A stretch of DNA of 31,402 nt from positions 1 to 31,402 of IMG/VR virus record IMGVR_UViG_3300049182_000045. The stretch is one strand, 5' to 3'. Below the pieces are notes generated by a model. The model did not search any database, had not been told where the DNA came from, and saw only the letters and a program-made list of their open reading frames with translations. The position numbers and the translations under genes were made by a program. Source of the DNA: a virus (Duplodnaviria; Caudoviricetes). This document shows positions 8,748 to 16,974 of this stretch, in pieces. Position 1 is the stretch's first letter; each line of letters opens with the position of its first letter.

Positions 8748-9518
8748 ATGGCTGAATACTCCAATCCTTTCTTCGGGCAGCAAAACCCGTATCAGGGTCA
8801 GCAGAACCCCTTCCTTGGTCGGAGCAATCCTTACCTCACGGAAAAGATCGATGCGGCCCAGGGCGATCTCGTCAGGAACTACAACCTGACGACTCAGCCT
8901 GCCTACAACACGGCCATGGCGAAGTCTGGCTCGTTCGGCAATGCCGGCGTGCAGCAGATGAACGAGAACGCTCAGTTGAACCTGCAGAAGTCTCTCGGTG
9001 ATGTCTCGACCAACATGCGAGGCACCGATTATCAGAACCAGCAGCAGCTTTACATGCAAGACCGTTCGCAGAACATGCAGAACTATCTTGCGAATCGCTC
9101 GCAGGATCTCCAGAACTACCAGTGGGATCAGGGATTCAACCGCGACCTGTTCAATGACGCCTACACCCAGAACATGGGCAACCTTCAGGCAGGTGTCGGT
9201 CTCCTCGGAACCATGGCTGGCTACAACGCCAACGACCTGACCAACGGGACGAACATCCAGAACACCCCTCTGAACTACTGGTCGCAGTTCTCGAACTCTG
9301 CGAACTCGATCGCCAACGGCTTCGGCACGACGACCGGCACGGCGAGCGGCGGAGGATCTAACCCGCTGATGGCTGGCCTCGGTGGCGCGCAGCTCGGACG
9401 CTCTCTGTGGGGCAGCAGCAATTGGAGCCCGAACACCTCGACGGGTGGCAGCGATTGGGCTAACGGGTCCGGTTCGTACTCTCAGTACAACCAGCCTGAT
9501 TACGGGCAGTACTTCTGA
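8748..9518 (+). CDS. Putative DNA ejection (internal virion) protein
   Basis: Q/N/G/S-rich with short internal repeats; CAGGGA upstream; located in the ejection-protein region. Confidence 0.65.
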   Translation: MAEYSNPFFGQQNPYQGQQNPFLGRSNPYLTEKIDAAQGDLVRNYNLTTQPAYNTAMAKSGSFGNAGVQQMNENAQLNLQKSLGDVSTNMRGTDYQNQQQLYMQDRSQNMQNYLANRSQDLQNYQWDQGFNRDLFNDAYTQNMGNLQAGVGLLGTMAGYNANDLTNGTNIQNTPLNYWSQFSNSANSIANGFGTTTGTASGGGSNPLMAGLGGAQLGRSLWGSSNWSPNTSTGGSDWANGSGSYSQYNQPDYGQYF

Positions 9519-9961
9519 TGGACCTGGCCGAACTCGAAGCGCGCGATCGAAAGATTGACGCGCTGGAGGCTGCCATTGTTCGCGACCTTCCTCCTGTTGA
9601 TTGCCCGGTGACGAACCACTTTGCGCCGGGGCTGTACGCGCGTGAGATGTTCATCCCTGCAGAGACCGTCCTGACGGGGAAGATCCACAAATATGCCAAT
9701 CTGTCGATCATGAGCAAGGGTGCTTTGCGCCTGTTCATGGAAGACGGGACGACAGAGGATGTCAGGGCGCCGTTCACCTACGTTGCCCCTCCGGGTACTC
9801 GCAGGGCTGCACTGGCCCTAGAAGACACGGTGTGGACCGTGATCCACGCTACGGAGGAAACGGACGTGGACAAGATCGAACAGGCTGTCGTCTGCCAGAC
9901 GCCAGAGGAATACCGGCTCTTCTTCCAAGAGCAATTGAAACTTGAAGGGAGCAAATTATGA
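9518..9961 (+). CDS. Cupin-like phage protein
   Basis: 'NHFAPGLYAREMFIPA..VLTGKIHK...APPGTRRA...EDTVWTVIH', a cupin-type family found among podovirus ejection genes. Confidence 0.7.
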   Translation: MDLAELEARDRKIDALEAAIVRDLPPVDCPVTNHFAPGLYAREMFIPAETVLTGKIHKYANLSIMSKGALRLFMEDGTTEDVRAPFTYVAPPGTRRAALALEDTVWTVIHATEETDVDKIEQAVVCQTPEEYRLFFQEQLKLEGSKL

Positions 9962-10785
9962 GCTGGGGAGCAGTAGCAGGTGCAGCAGTCGGCGTTGTGG
10001 GTAGCGCGATGTCCGACAGTGGTGGCGGTGGCGGGCAATCGCAATCGACCTCGAAACAGCCATGGATGCCGGCAACGCCGTGGCTGATGAACAACCTGAA
10101 CCGTGGGCAAACGCTCCAGTCTCAGTACGAAGCGCAGCCGTTCAACGCCCAGCAGCAGCAGGCATACGGCAATCAGGCGAACCAGTCTGCCTACATGCGC
10201 GCTGCCGTTCCTAGCCTCCTACGCCAGATGCAGGGCAATCAGATCGGCTTCGATCGCTCCAACCCCAACGCCAGGCCGGCTGCGTTCAACTGGGATGGTC
10301 TGATGGCTGCGGCGAAGGATGGACAGGCTGCGCAACAACAGCAAGGCGGGTTGCTGGACATGCTCAACAGCAGCCCAGCAGTCAATTCCAGCCTCACGCC
10401 GATGGCTGAGCCTCCGAAGGAAGAGCCAGGCACGTTCACCCAGCAGACCGTCAATTGGAGCCCGCAGCAGCAGTATCTGATTGATAACGGTCGCAGCCCG
10501 TGGATGCTCGGCGGTAGCCCGGATAGCTTCGTTGCAGGCAATCAAGCCTTCCAGGGCGACGGTGGTTACGGTCAGTTCCGCTATGGCATGGACGTTCCGA
10601 AGGCCGGCACCAAAGCCTATCGTGACATGCAGGAATACTTCCTGAACGGCGGTCTTGACCCTTACGGCAAGTACGGTGACCGCAAGTTCGGCGGGAACTG
10701 GATGAGTGGCAGCGATTTCGGCATGGGTGCGGCTACTGATGACGGCGGCGCAGCGGCTGCGGTTGGCTCTTCGGCGAACTTCTAA
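9958..10785 (+). CDS. Putative DNA ejection protein (P22 gp7-like position)
   Basis: Gly/Ala hydrophobic N-terminus 'MSWGAVAGAAVGVVGS', Gly run, Gln-rich body. Confidence 0.65.
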   Translation: MSWGAVAGAAVGVVGSAMSDSGGGGGQSQSTSKQPWMPATPWLMNNLNRGQTLQSQYEAQPFNAQQQQAYGNQANQSAYMRAAVPSLLRQMQGNQIGFDRSNPNARPAAFNWDGLMAAAKDGQAAQQQQGGLLDMLNSSPAVNSSLTPMAEPPKEEPGTFTQQTVNWSPQQQYLIDNGRSPWMLGGSPDSFVAGNQAFQGDGGYGQFRYGMDVPKAGTKAYRDMQEYFLNGGLDPYGKYGDRKFGGNWMSGSDFGMGAATDDGGAAAAVGSSANF

Positions 10786-10794
10786 GGGGGAAGC

Positions 10795-12288
10795 ATGGGA
10801 CTACTCGATGCATTGGGCAGCGACGATGCCAAGCTGGGCATTGCTCTGCTGTCTGCCAGTGGCTACTCGCCTATTCCGATGAGCTTCAGCCAGCGGTTGG
10901 GCGGGGCTCTGGGGCAGTTCAACGCAGAGCGGACTGATTCCGCCGATCGCGCCCTGAGGACGAAACTCCTCCAATCGCAGATCGACGAAAACGCTAACCA
11001 GAACCTGCTGCGTCAGGGTCAGCTTGCTCGCCAACAACGTCAGGATGCGTACTACCTCGGTGGCGATGTTGGGGGCGGCACGATGACTGCTCCTGCGGCT
11101 ACGACTGCTGCGCCTGGCTCCGCTCTCAAGGCTGCTACTGGTGCGCCTGCCGACACACCTCCTCCGGGGAAGGGCAAGTTTGCGGAGTGGTCGCAGCAGT
11201 ACGGCATTCCTGTTGATGCGCTCGTGTCCGACTACTTCAGCAACGGCGGGAAGGGCATCGCTGACATGCTGATGAAGAAGGGAACGTCTGACATGCAGGT
11301 GTCCAACGGGTACGCCTACGACAAGAACAAGGTCGGTGCGGGCTACCTGCCGCAGATGAACATCAGCAACACGGGGCAAGCCTCGCTGGTGCAGGTTGGC
11401 CCGGATGGCCTTCCGGTTGTCTCTGCGCCTCGTGGTGCTGTAGATACCTACCGCTCCTATCAGGGCGCTCAGGCCGACTTCAAGCCAATCAAGGTCTTCA
11501 ACCCTGAGACCCAGCGAGAGGAATTCACATCCGAAGGTGCGGTGGTCGGTGGTCGTCCGCTGGCCCCGATGGCTGGCAGGGCTGGCAATGTGCAGTCTCC
11601 TGGCTACTCCGGAGGGGATCGGAGCGCGGCCAACGCTGAATCCATCCGCATCATGCAGGCCGAGCTGCAGAAGCCTGATCTGACGCAGGCTGATCGTGCA
11701 GGCATCCAGCGCGAGATCCAGCGTATGCAACTGCAGTCGGGGATGACCAATGCGCAAGTGGCTCAATCCGGAAGCTTCGCTGCTGGTCCGTCTGCCTCTG
11801 AAGCGGCACAGAACGAGGCAAACAAGGTTCGCGCGGTCGATACGGCAAAGGCTGACGTTGTACGGAACACCGAGAAGCAAACGGCCGGCAAGCTCTATGG
11901 GCAAATGACCGGCGTTGCCCAGCAAGCCATGAAACTGCTGGACGCGAACCCGACCGGCAGCGGCGCGGGGGCATTGGCTGACTCTGCCTTGAACTTCGTT
12001 GGTCAGCCGACAAAGGGCGGCAACGTTGCGCAATCCCTGGAAGCAGTCGCCGGGTGGATGGTTGCCAACGTTCCTCGAATGGAAGGCCCGCAGTCCAACG
12101 CCGATGTCATGAACTATCAGACCATGGCCGGCCGGGTCGGGGACCGCACTTTGCCCGCCGAGACGCGCAAGGCTGCGCTCCGTGAGGTCATCGCGCTGCA
12201 GAACAAGTACGCCGAACTCAACGGCGGTAGCAAGACTCAGGAAGCCGCGAGCGGTCTCCCGTCTGGCTGGTCTGTGAAGGTCAAGTAA
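10795..12288 (+). CDS. Putative DNA ejection/transfer protein (gp20-like position)
   Basis: 'MGLLD' start, helical A/Q/G-rich sequence, synteny. Confidence 0.65.
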   Translation: MGLLDALGSDDAKLGIALLSASGYSPIPMSFSQRLGGALGQFNAERTDSADRALRTKLLQSQIDENANQNLLRQGQLARQQRQDAYYLGGDVGGGTMTAPAATTAAPGSALKAATGAPADTPPPGKGKFAEWSQQYGIPVDALVSDYFSNGGKGIADMLMKKGTSDMQVSNGYAYDKNKVGAGYLPQMNISNTGQASLVQVGPDGLPVVSAPRGAVDTYRSYQGAQADFKPIKVFNPETQREEFTSEGAVVGGRPLAPMAGRAGNVQSPGYSGGDRSAANAESIRIMQAELQKPDLTQADRAGIQREIQRMQLQSGMTNAQVAQSGSFAAGPSASEAAQNEANKVRAVDTAKADVVRNTEKQTAGKLYGQMTGVAQQAMKLLDANPTGSGAGALADSALNFVGQPTKGGNVAQSLEAVAGWMVANVPRMEGPQSNADVMNYQTMAGRVGDRTLPAETRKAALREVIALQNKYAELNGGSKTQEAASGLPSGWSVKVK

Positions 12289-14435
12289 TGCCTACTTTCG
12301 AGTTCACCGCACCGGACGGCAAGACCTACGAGGTCCAAGGTCCGGACGGAGCAACGCAGGAACAAGCGTTCTCCATGCTGCAAAGCCAGATCGCTGGGGG
12401 GTCTCCCCCTGCTACGAAAGAGCCGTCTGCGGCTTTCTCTGCTGGCAGGGCTCTAAACGACATCCCGCGTCAGGTTGGGCTGACTGCTCGCTATGGCCTG
12501 GAAGGGCTTGCGAACACGGCCCAGATCGTCACGGAGCCGCTGCGCTACCTCACAGATCGTGCTACCGGGATGACGGGCAAGACTCGCCCTCTTGGCGCAG
12601 AAGCGTCCTTGCTGGCAGACCGCATCGGCCTTCCGTCTCCTCAAACCTCGAATGAGCGGGTTATCGGTGACGCCTCCCGCTTGGTTGCTGGTGCCGGTGG
12701 TCTTGCTGGTGCTGCTGGCGCTGCATCAAAGCTTCCCGGAATGGCTGGAACGGTCATGGAAAGTCTTGCCGCTAATCCCACCGCGCAATTGACCTCTGCG
12801 GCTGGTGCCGGCTTGGCTGGCGGTGCTTCGCGTGAGGCTGGGGGCAGCCCTCTCGCTCAAGGTGGCGCAGCGCTCATCGGTGGCGTTGCTGGCGGTCTTG
12901 CTCCGGGTGCCGGTCAAACGCTGGTCGATGCCGGCCGGCGCATGCTCGCTCCGAAACTGACGCCGCAGCAGATGGACGTTCAGTTGACCTCCGTTCTTGA
13001 AAGGGCAGGGGCCGACTATTCGCAGCTTCCCATGAACGTGAGGAGCAACCTGCGCAAAGAGCTTGCGTCGTCGTTGCAGGCCGGCAAGGAACTAGACCCT
13101 GCTGCGGTTTCGCGGATGGCCGACTTCATGCGTGTGGGTGCGACTCCGACCCGTGGCATGGTCTCGCAGAACCCCGTGCAGATCACGCGCGAGCAGAACC
13201 TGGCGAAGATGGCGGCGAACGCAGGTGATGATGCGTTGCATGGCCTTCCGCTCCTGCAGAACCAGAACAATGCGACGTTGATCCGCAACCTGAACGAACG
13301 CGGGGCAGGCACCGAGACGATGCCGATCGCTGCTGGGCGTGCGATTCAAGACCGCATCCAGGGGACCAATGCAGCGCTTGGTCGAGTCGAGCAAGGGGCG
13401 TGGGATCTTGCAAAGGGCTCTCCAGGCTACAAGGCTCCGATCTACCCGGATGGCTTGAATGCTGCTCTGCAACGCACCGGAGACGAAGCCCTGACCGGCT
13501 ATCTGCCCAAGCAGATCACCGACTACATGGCGGCGTTCCAGACCGGTCAGCAGCCCTTCACACCGCAGCACTACAAGAATCTGCGCTCGATGCTCTCCGG
13601 GGAGCTGGCGAAGGGCGGGAACGAGGCTGCTGCTGCGCGAGCTGCTATTCAAGGGCTGGAATCGGTCCCGATGCGACCGATCACCAACCCGGGAGGAATC
13701 GACTTCGGTACGGCTCCGGTGACACAGGGGATGGCAAACGCCATGCGCGGCAGGGATTCACAAGCTGGTGACGCCATCGAAGCCGTCAATCGTGCTCGTG
13801 CTGCGACCGCTGCCAAGTACGCCTATCAGGAGAGTTCTCCGCTCGTTCGGACGGCTCTGGCCGATGCGAGGACGGCAGACCCTGAAAAGCTTGCGCAGTC
13901 GTTCGTCCTGAACGGCACGGTGAACGATGCTCGCTCAGTGGCTCGTGAAGTCGGCCCCGAGGGGATTGCGACCATCCGGAACACCCTGGCGACCTACATC
14001 AAAAAGCAGGCGCTCAGCGGTGCGTCAGATGAAACGGGGAAGGTCTCGCAGTCGGCTCTGAACGCTGTCCTGCGCAAGATCGGGGACGAAAAGCTGCGCC
14101 TGTTCTTCACGCCGGACGAGGTTTCTGCCCTGCAAGCCACGGGACGGGTTGCAAGCCTGATGCAGTCGCAGCCGATCGGGTCTGCGGTGAACAACAGCAA
14201 CTCCGGGGCGCTGGTGCTCGGTCGAGGGATGGATCTGCTGAACGGTGTTGCCGGGAAGATCCCGTTTGGGAAAGCGGCTGTGATCGACCCACTGAGGAGC
14301 ATCAATCTGTCCATCTCCCAGCGCCAGGCGGAAAACGTCCTTCCTGGCCTGCTTGCCGAACAGCCTAGACAGCCTCTAACGCCGTCCCTACTTCTCCCAG
14401 GGCTTGCTGTTGGCGGGGGGCTTCTTTCGCAGTAA
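12288..14435 (+). CDS. Large DNA ejection/transfer protein (gp16-like position)
   Basis: 'MPTFEFTAPDGKTYEVQGP' N-terminus, Gly/Ala membrane-like segments, 715 aa. Confidence 0.7.
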   Translation: MPTFEFTAPDGKTYEVQGPDGATQEQAFSMLQSQIAGGSPPATKEPSAAFSAGRALNDIPRQVGLTARYGLEGLANTAQIVTEPLRYLTDRATGMTGKTRPLGAEASLLADRIGLPSPQTSNERVIGDASRLVAGAGGLAGAAGAASKLPGMAGTVMESLAANPTAQLTSAAGAGLAGGASREAGGSPLAQGGAALIGGVAGGLAPGAGQTLVDAGRRMLAPKLTPQQMDVQLTSVLERAGADYSQLPMNVRSNLRKELASSLQAGKELDPAAVSRMADFMRVGATPTRGMVSQNPVQITREQNLAKMAANAGDDALHGLPLLQNQNNATLIRNLNERGAGTETMPIAAGRAIQDRIQGTNAALGRVEQGAWDLAKGSPGYKAPIYPDGLNAALQRTGDEALTGYLPKQITDYMAAFQTGQQPFTPQHYKNLRSMLSGELAKGGNEAAAARAAIQGLESVPMRPITNPGGIDFGTAPVTQGMANAMRGRDSQAGDAIEAVNRARAATAAKYAYQESSPLVRTALADARTADPEKLAQSFVLNGTVNDARSVAREVGPEGIATIRNTLATYIKKQALSGASDETGKVSQSALNAVLRKIGDEKLRLFFTPDEVSALQATGRVASLMQSQPIGSAVNNSNSGALVLGRGMDLLNGVAGKIPFGKAAVIDPLRSINLSISQRQAENVLPGLLAEQPRQPLTPSLLLPGLAVGGGLLSQ

Positions 14436-14510
14436 GTGACGTATCAGGGCTAGGACGCACAAGGCACCTAGCCAGCCCAGAAAGATCGGGTCGAAGTTCA
14501 TCGGCTCCAT
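14388..14510 (-). CDS. Possible small membrane peptide (40 aa), convergent with the late operon
   Basis: One hydrophobic helix 'IFLGWLGALCVLALI' followed by basic residues; RBS weak. Confidence 0.35.
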   Translation of the reverse strand: MEPMNFDPIFLGWLGALCVLALIRHLLRKKPPANSKPWEK

Positions 14511-14517
14511 TCCTAGA

Positions 14518-14541
14518 CCGCCCACTGAGGCGGATTTCCTT
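14518..14541 (+). terminator. Putative terminator hairpin
   Basis: CCGCC-CACTGA-GGCGG followed by ATTTCCTT. Confidence 0.4.
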
Positions 14542-14542
14542 C

Positions 14543-14566
14543 CCCTAACGCTGAGAAGCGCCGGAG
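14543..14566 (+). promoter_or_regulatory. GNRA-hairpin/RBS motif, copy 4 (tail fibre leader)
   Basis: CCCTAA-CGCT-GAGA-AGCG-CCGGAG, TTG start at 14573. Confidence 0.7.
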
Positions 14567-14572
14567 AACAAA

Positions 14573-15457
14573 TTGGCACTTTACACCACCCTTGCATCCC
14601 TCTCCCAGACGGCGGCAAGCAACGTCGCAGATGGATCTGTTGACGCACCATCCACGATCGACCAGCAGACGAACCTGCTTGCGTCGTTCATCGCCCAGCT
14701 TCGGGACGGTACAGGCTTTACCACGGGCGCGAACTACGTCGCTCAATGCCAGCTCGTCAAGAGCGGCTCCAACCTCGTCCTGCAACGATACGACGGGGTA
14801 GGCCTGACGATCAACGGGGTTGCCTATGCGATCCCTTCGGCTGGCGTCTCCCTTGCTCCGACGGCGCTTTCTGTCGGCACGACCTACAACATCTATGCCT
14901 ACATGAATGCAGGGACGATGACCCTTGAGGCATCGACGACTGCCCGCGCGACGGATAGCACGACAGGTATCCAGATCAAGTCAGGCGATCCCACCAGAAC
15001 CCTGGTCGGTAAGGCGTCGATTATCACCGGGCCGGCGTGGGTCGATACGGACCTGCAGAGGCTGGTGATCAGTTGGTTTAACCGCAGACCTCTTCGGATC
15101 TACAACAGCACTCCAGGCGGGAATTCGACTACTTCCGCGACTCCAGTTGGGATCGTCGCTCAAATGTCGTTCCTTTGTTGGGGGGATGCAGCGATTCCGG
15201 TGGGTTTCGTCGGATCTGTCGCCAACAGCACATTGAATCAATCATGTAGCACGGCGCTCGGCCTAGATGCGACAACGTTTTCGCATGCCGCCGTCCAGTA
15301 TCAAGCCTATGCAGCCTTCACGGTCGGCGCGGCCTGTGGCGGAACGACCTTCCTTCCCGCAGAGGGTTCGCACGGTGTGACTCTCTGCGGCAGCGTTAGC
15401 GGCGGAACTGGCACATGGCAGGCGAACATCGAAATGTCCGGTGTGATCCAGGGGTGA
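14573..15457 (+). CDS. Tail fibre/receptor-binding protein
   Basis: TTG start with GGAG RBS; N-terminal head-binding-like segment; Thr/Gly/Ser-rich beta body; lies just before the lysis genes. Confidence 0.7.
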   Translation: MALYTTLASLSQTAASNVADGSVDAPSTIDQQTNLLASFIAQLRDGTGFTTGANYVAQCQLVKSGSNLVLQRYDGVGLTINGVAYAIPSAGVSLAPTALSVGTTYNIYAYMNAGTMTLEASTTARATDSTTGIQIKSGDPTRTLVGKASIITGPAWVDTDLQRLVISWFNRRPLRIYNSTPGGNSTTSATPVGIVAQMSFLCWGDAAIPVGFVGSVANSTLNQSCSTALGLDATTFSHAAVQYQAYAAFTVGAACGGTTFLPAEGSHGVTLCGSVSGGTGTWQANIEMSGVIQG

Positions 15458-15461
15458 ACAA

Positions 15462-15680
15462 ATGAAGCGCTACTTCATCAATGCCCTGATCGGCCTAGAC
15501 CAATTCATCAATGCTTTGTTCGGTGGCGACCCGGACATGACGCTATCTGGTCGTATGGGGCGTGCGGTTGCTGCCGGCCGCTGCAAGCTTTGCAAGATCG
15601 TGTGTTGGTTCCTCGGAAAGATCGACAAGGACCATTGCGCACGAGCGGACAAGAACGAAGCCGATGAGGGGTTGGCATGA
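15462..15680 (+). CDS. Phage protein typical of lysis-adjacent regions
   Basis: 'LIGLDQFINALFGGDPDMTLSGRMG...DKDHC' motif. Confidence 0.7.
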   Translation: MKRYFINALIGLDQFINALFGGDPDMTLSGRMGRAVAAGRCKLCKIVCWFLGKIDKDHCARADKNEADEGLA

Positions 15681-15967
15681 GTCAGGACTCCCAACCCGAC
15701 GAGCCGCGACTCTCGAAAGTGATCGACCTGAAATTGCCGCTGACCTGGCTCATCGGTGTGGCCTCAATGATCGTTGCTGGAGGCTTCGGCCTGTACCAAC
15801 AAGTTGGCAGCCAGGGCGAGACGATCAAGGGAATCAATGAGCAGTTGAAGGATTTGCAGATCATCGTGAGGTCTGGGAACACGCAGGCTGCAACGATTCA
15901 AGGAGAACTCGCAATCCTCAAGTTCAGGATCGAGAACATCGAAGCTGAAAAGAGGGCCGCACGATGA
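15677..15967 (+). CDS. Putative holin/antiholin-like membrane protein (1 TM plus coiled coil)
   Basis: Single TM helix followed by a coiled coil; immediately upstream of the endolysin. Confidence 0.55.
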   Translation: MSQDSQPDEPRLSKVIDLKLPLTWLIGVASMIVAGGFGLYQQVGSQGETIKGINEQLKDLQIIVRSGNTQAATIQGELAILKFRIENIEAEKRAAR

Positions 15968-16458
15968 CCCTCGATCAAGTCATCTCGCAGATCCTGAATC
16001 CTGGCTTAGCTCAGTTGCCGATGGCGATGGACACGCCTAAAGCACGGCTGATGCTCCTCACTATCGGCCAGCAAGAGTCCAAGTTTCAGCACCGCGCGCA
16101 GGTGCTCAACGGCGGTGGTAAAGGTCCGGCTAGAGGCTTCTGGCAGTTCGAGCGTGGAGGCGGTGTCAAGGGGGTAATGAACCACCATGTCACTACAGGT
16201 CATGCGCATCGCCTATGCGCAGATCGTGGCGTCGATTGGGACGCTGCGGCCATCTGGGCGAAGCTGGAGACAGACGACCTCCTTGCATGCGGATTCGCTC
16301 GCCTGCTGCTCTATTCGGACCCGAAGCCTCTGCCGGCGATCGACGATGCCAATGCGGCTTGGGATCTCTACGCCGAGCGCACATGGCGTCCAGGGAAACC
16401 GCATCGCTCAACCTGGGATGGCTATCACGCAGCCGCCCGCAAAGCTCTAGGAGTCTGA
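15964..16458 (+). CDS. Endolysin (lysozyme-like fold)
   Basis: 'LLTIGQQES...GPARGFWQFE...WRPGKP' motifs. Confidence 0.8.
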   Translation: MTLDQVISQILNPGLAQLPMAMDTPKARLMLLTIGQQESKFQHRAQVLNGGGKGPARGFWQFERGGGVKGVMNHHVTTGHAHRLCADRGVDWDAAAIWAKLETDDLLACGFARLLLYSDPKPLPAIDDANAAWDLYAERTWRPGKPHRSTWDGYHAAARKALGV

Positions 16459-16459
16459 C

Positions 16460-16510
16460 ATGGCGCACGGATGGAATCTTTGGTGGTGGCTCGTTCGGGG
16501 AGGTCGATGA
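16460..16510 (+). CDS. Putative 16-aa Trp-rich peptide MAHGWNLWWWLVRGGR
   Basis: AGGAG at 16449-16453; its stop overlaps the holin ATG (ATGA). Confidence 0.45.
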   Translation: MAHGWNLWWWLVRGGR

Positions 16511-16911
16511 CCATGAACCCATTGCTCATAGGCCCAGTGCTCGAAATAGGCAAGAGCCTGATCGATCGCTTGTTTCCAGACCCTGCCTTGAAAGCCAAAG
16601 CAGAGATGGAAATGATGGTCTTGCTGCAAACGCAGGATCTTCAGAAGGTGCTCGGGCAACTGGAGATCAACGCCAAGGAGGCGGCGAGCCCGAACCCCTT
16701 CACGAGCGGATGGCGCCCCTTCATCGGCTGGTGCTGCGGCGCTGGCTTCCTGTGGGCAACCATTGGTCAACCCGTCTTCGCTTGGGTCGCCGTCTCGCGT
16801 GGCTGGCCCGCACCTCCTGCCATCGACACAGAAGTCCTGATGTACGTGCTCGGCGGCATGTTGGGGCTTGGAACACTCAGGACAGTTGAAAAGGCCAAAG
16901 GCGTGGCCTGA
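16507..16911 (+). CDS. Holin, 3TM (GTA-type) family; start at 16507 or 16513
   Basis: 'QLEINAKEA....F.SGWRPFIGWCCG...GMLGLGTLRTVEK.KGV' signature; GGGAGG RBS. Confidence 0.85.
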   Translation: MTMNPLLIGPVLEIGKSLIDRLFPDPALKAKAEMEMMVLLQTQDLQKVLGQLEINAKEAASPNPFTSGWRPFIGWCCGAGFLWATIGQPVFAWVAVSRGWPAPPAIDTEVLMYVLGGMLGLGTLRTVEKAKGVA

Positions 16912-16931
16912 CCCCCCAATTCTCTAAGCCT

Positions 16932-16955
16932 GCCGCCGGCCTTGGCGGCTTTTTT
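16932..16955 (+). terminator. Intrinsic terminator after the lysis cassette
   Basis: GCCGCC-GGCCTT-GGCGGC-TTTTTT. Confidence 0.8.
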
Positions 16956-16974
16956 ATGCCCCAAAGGACACCCC

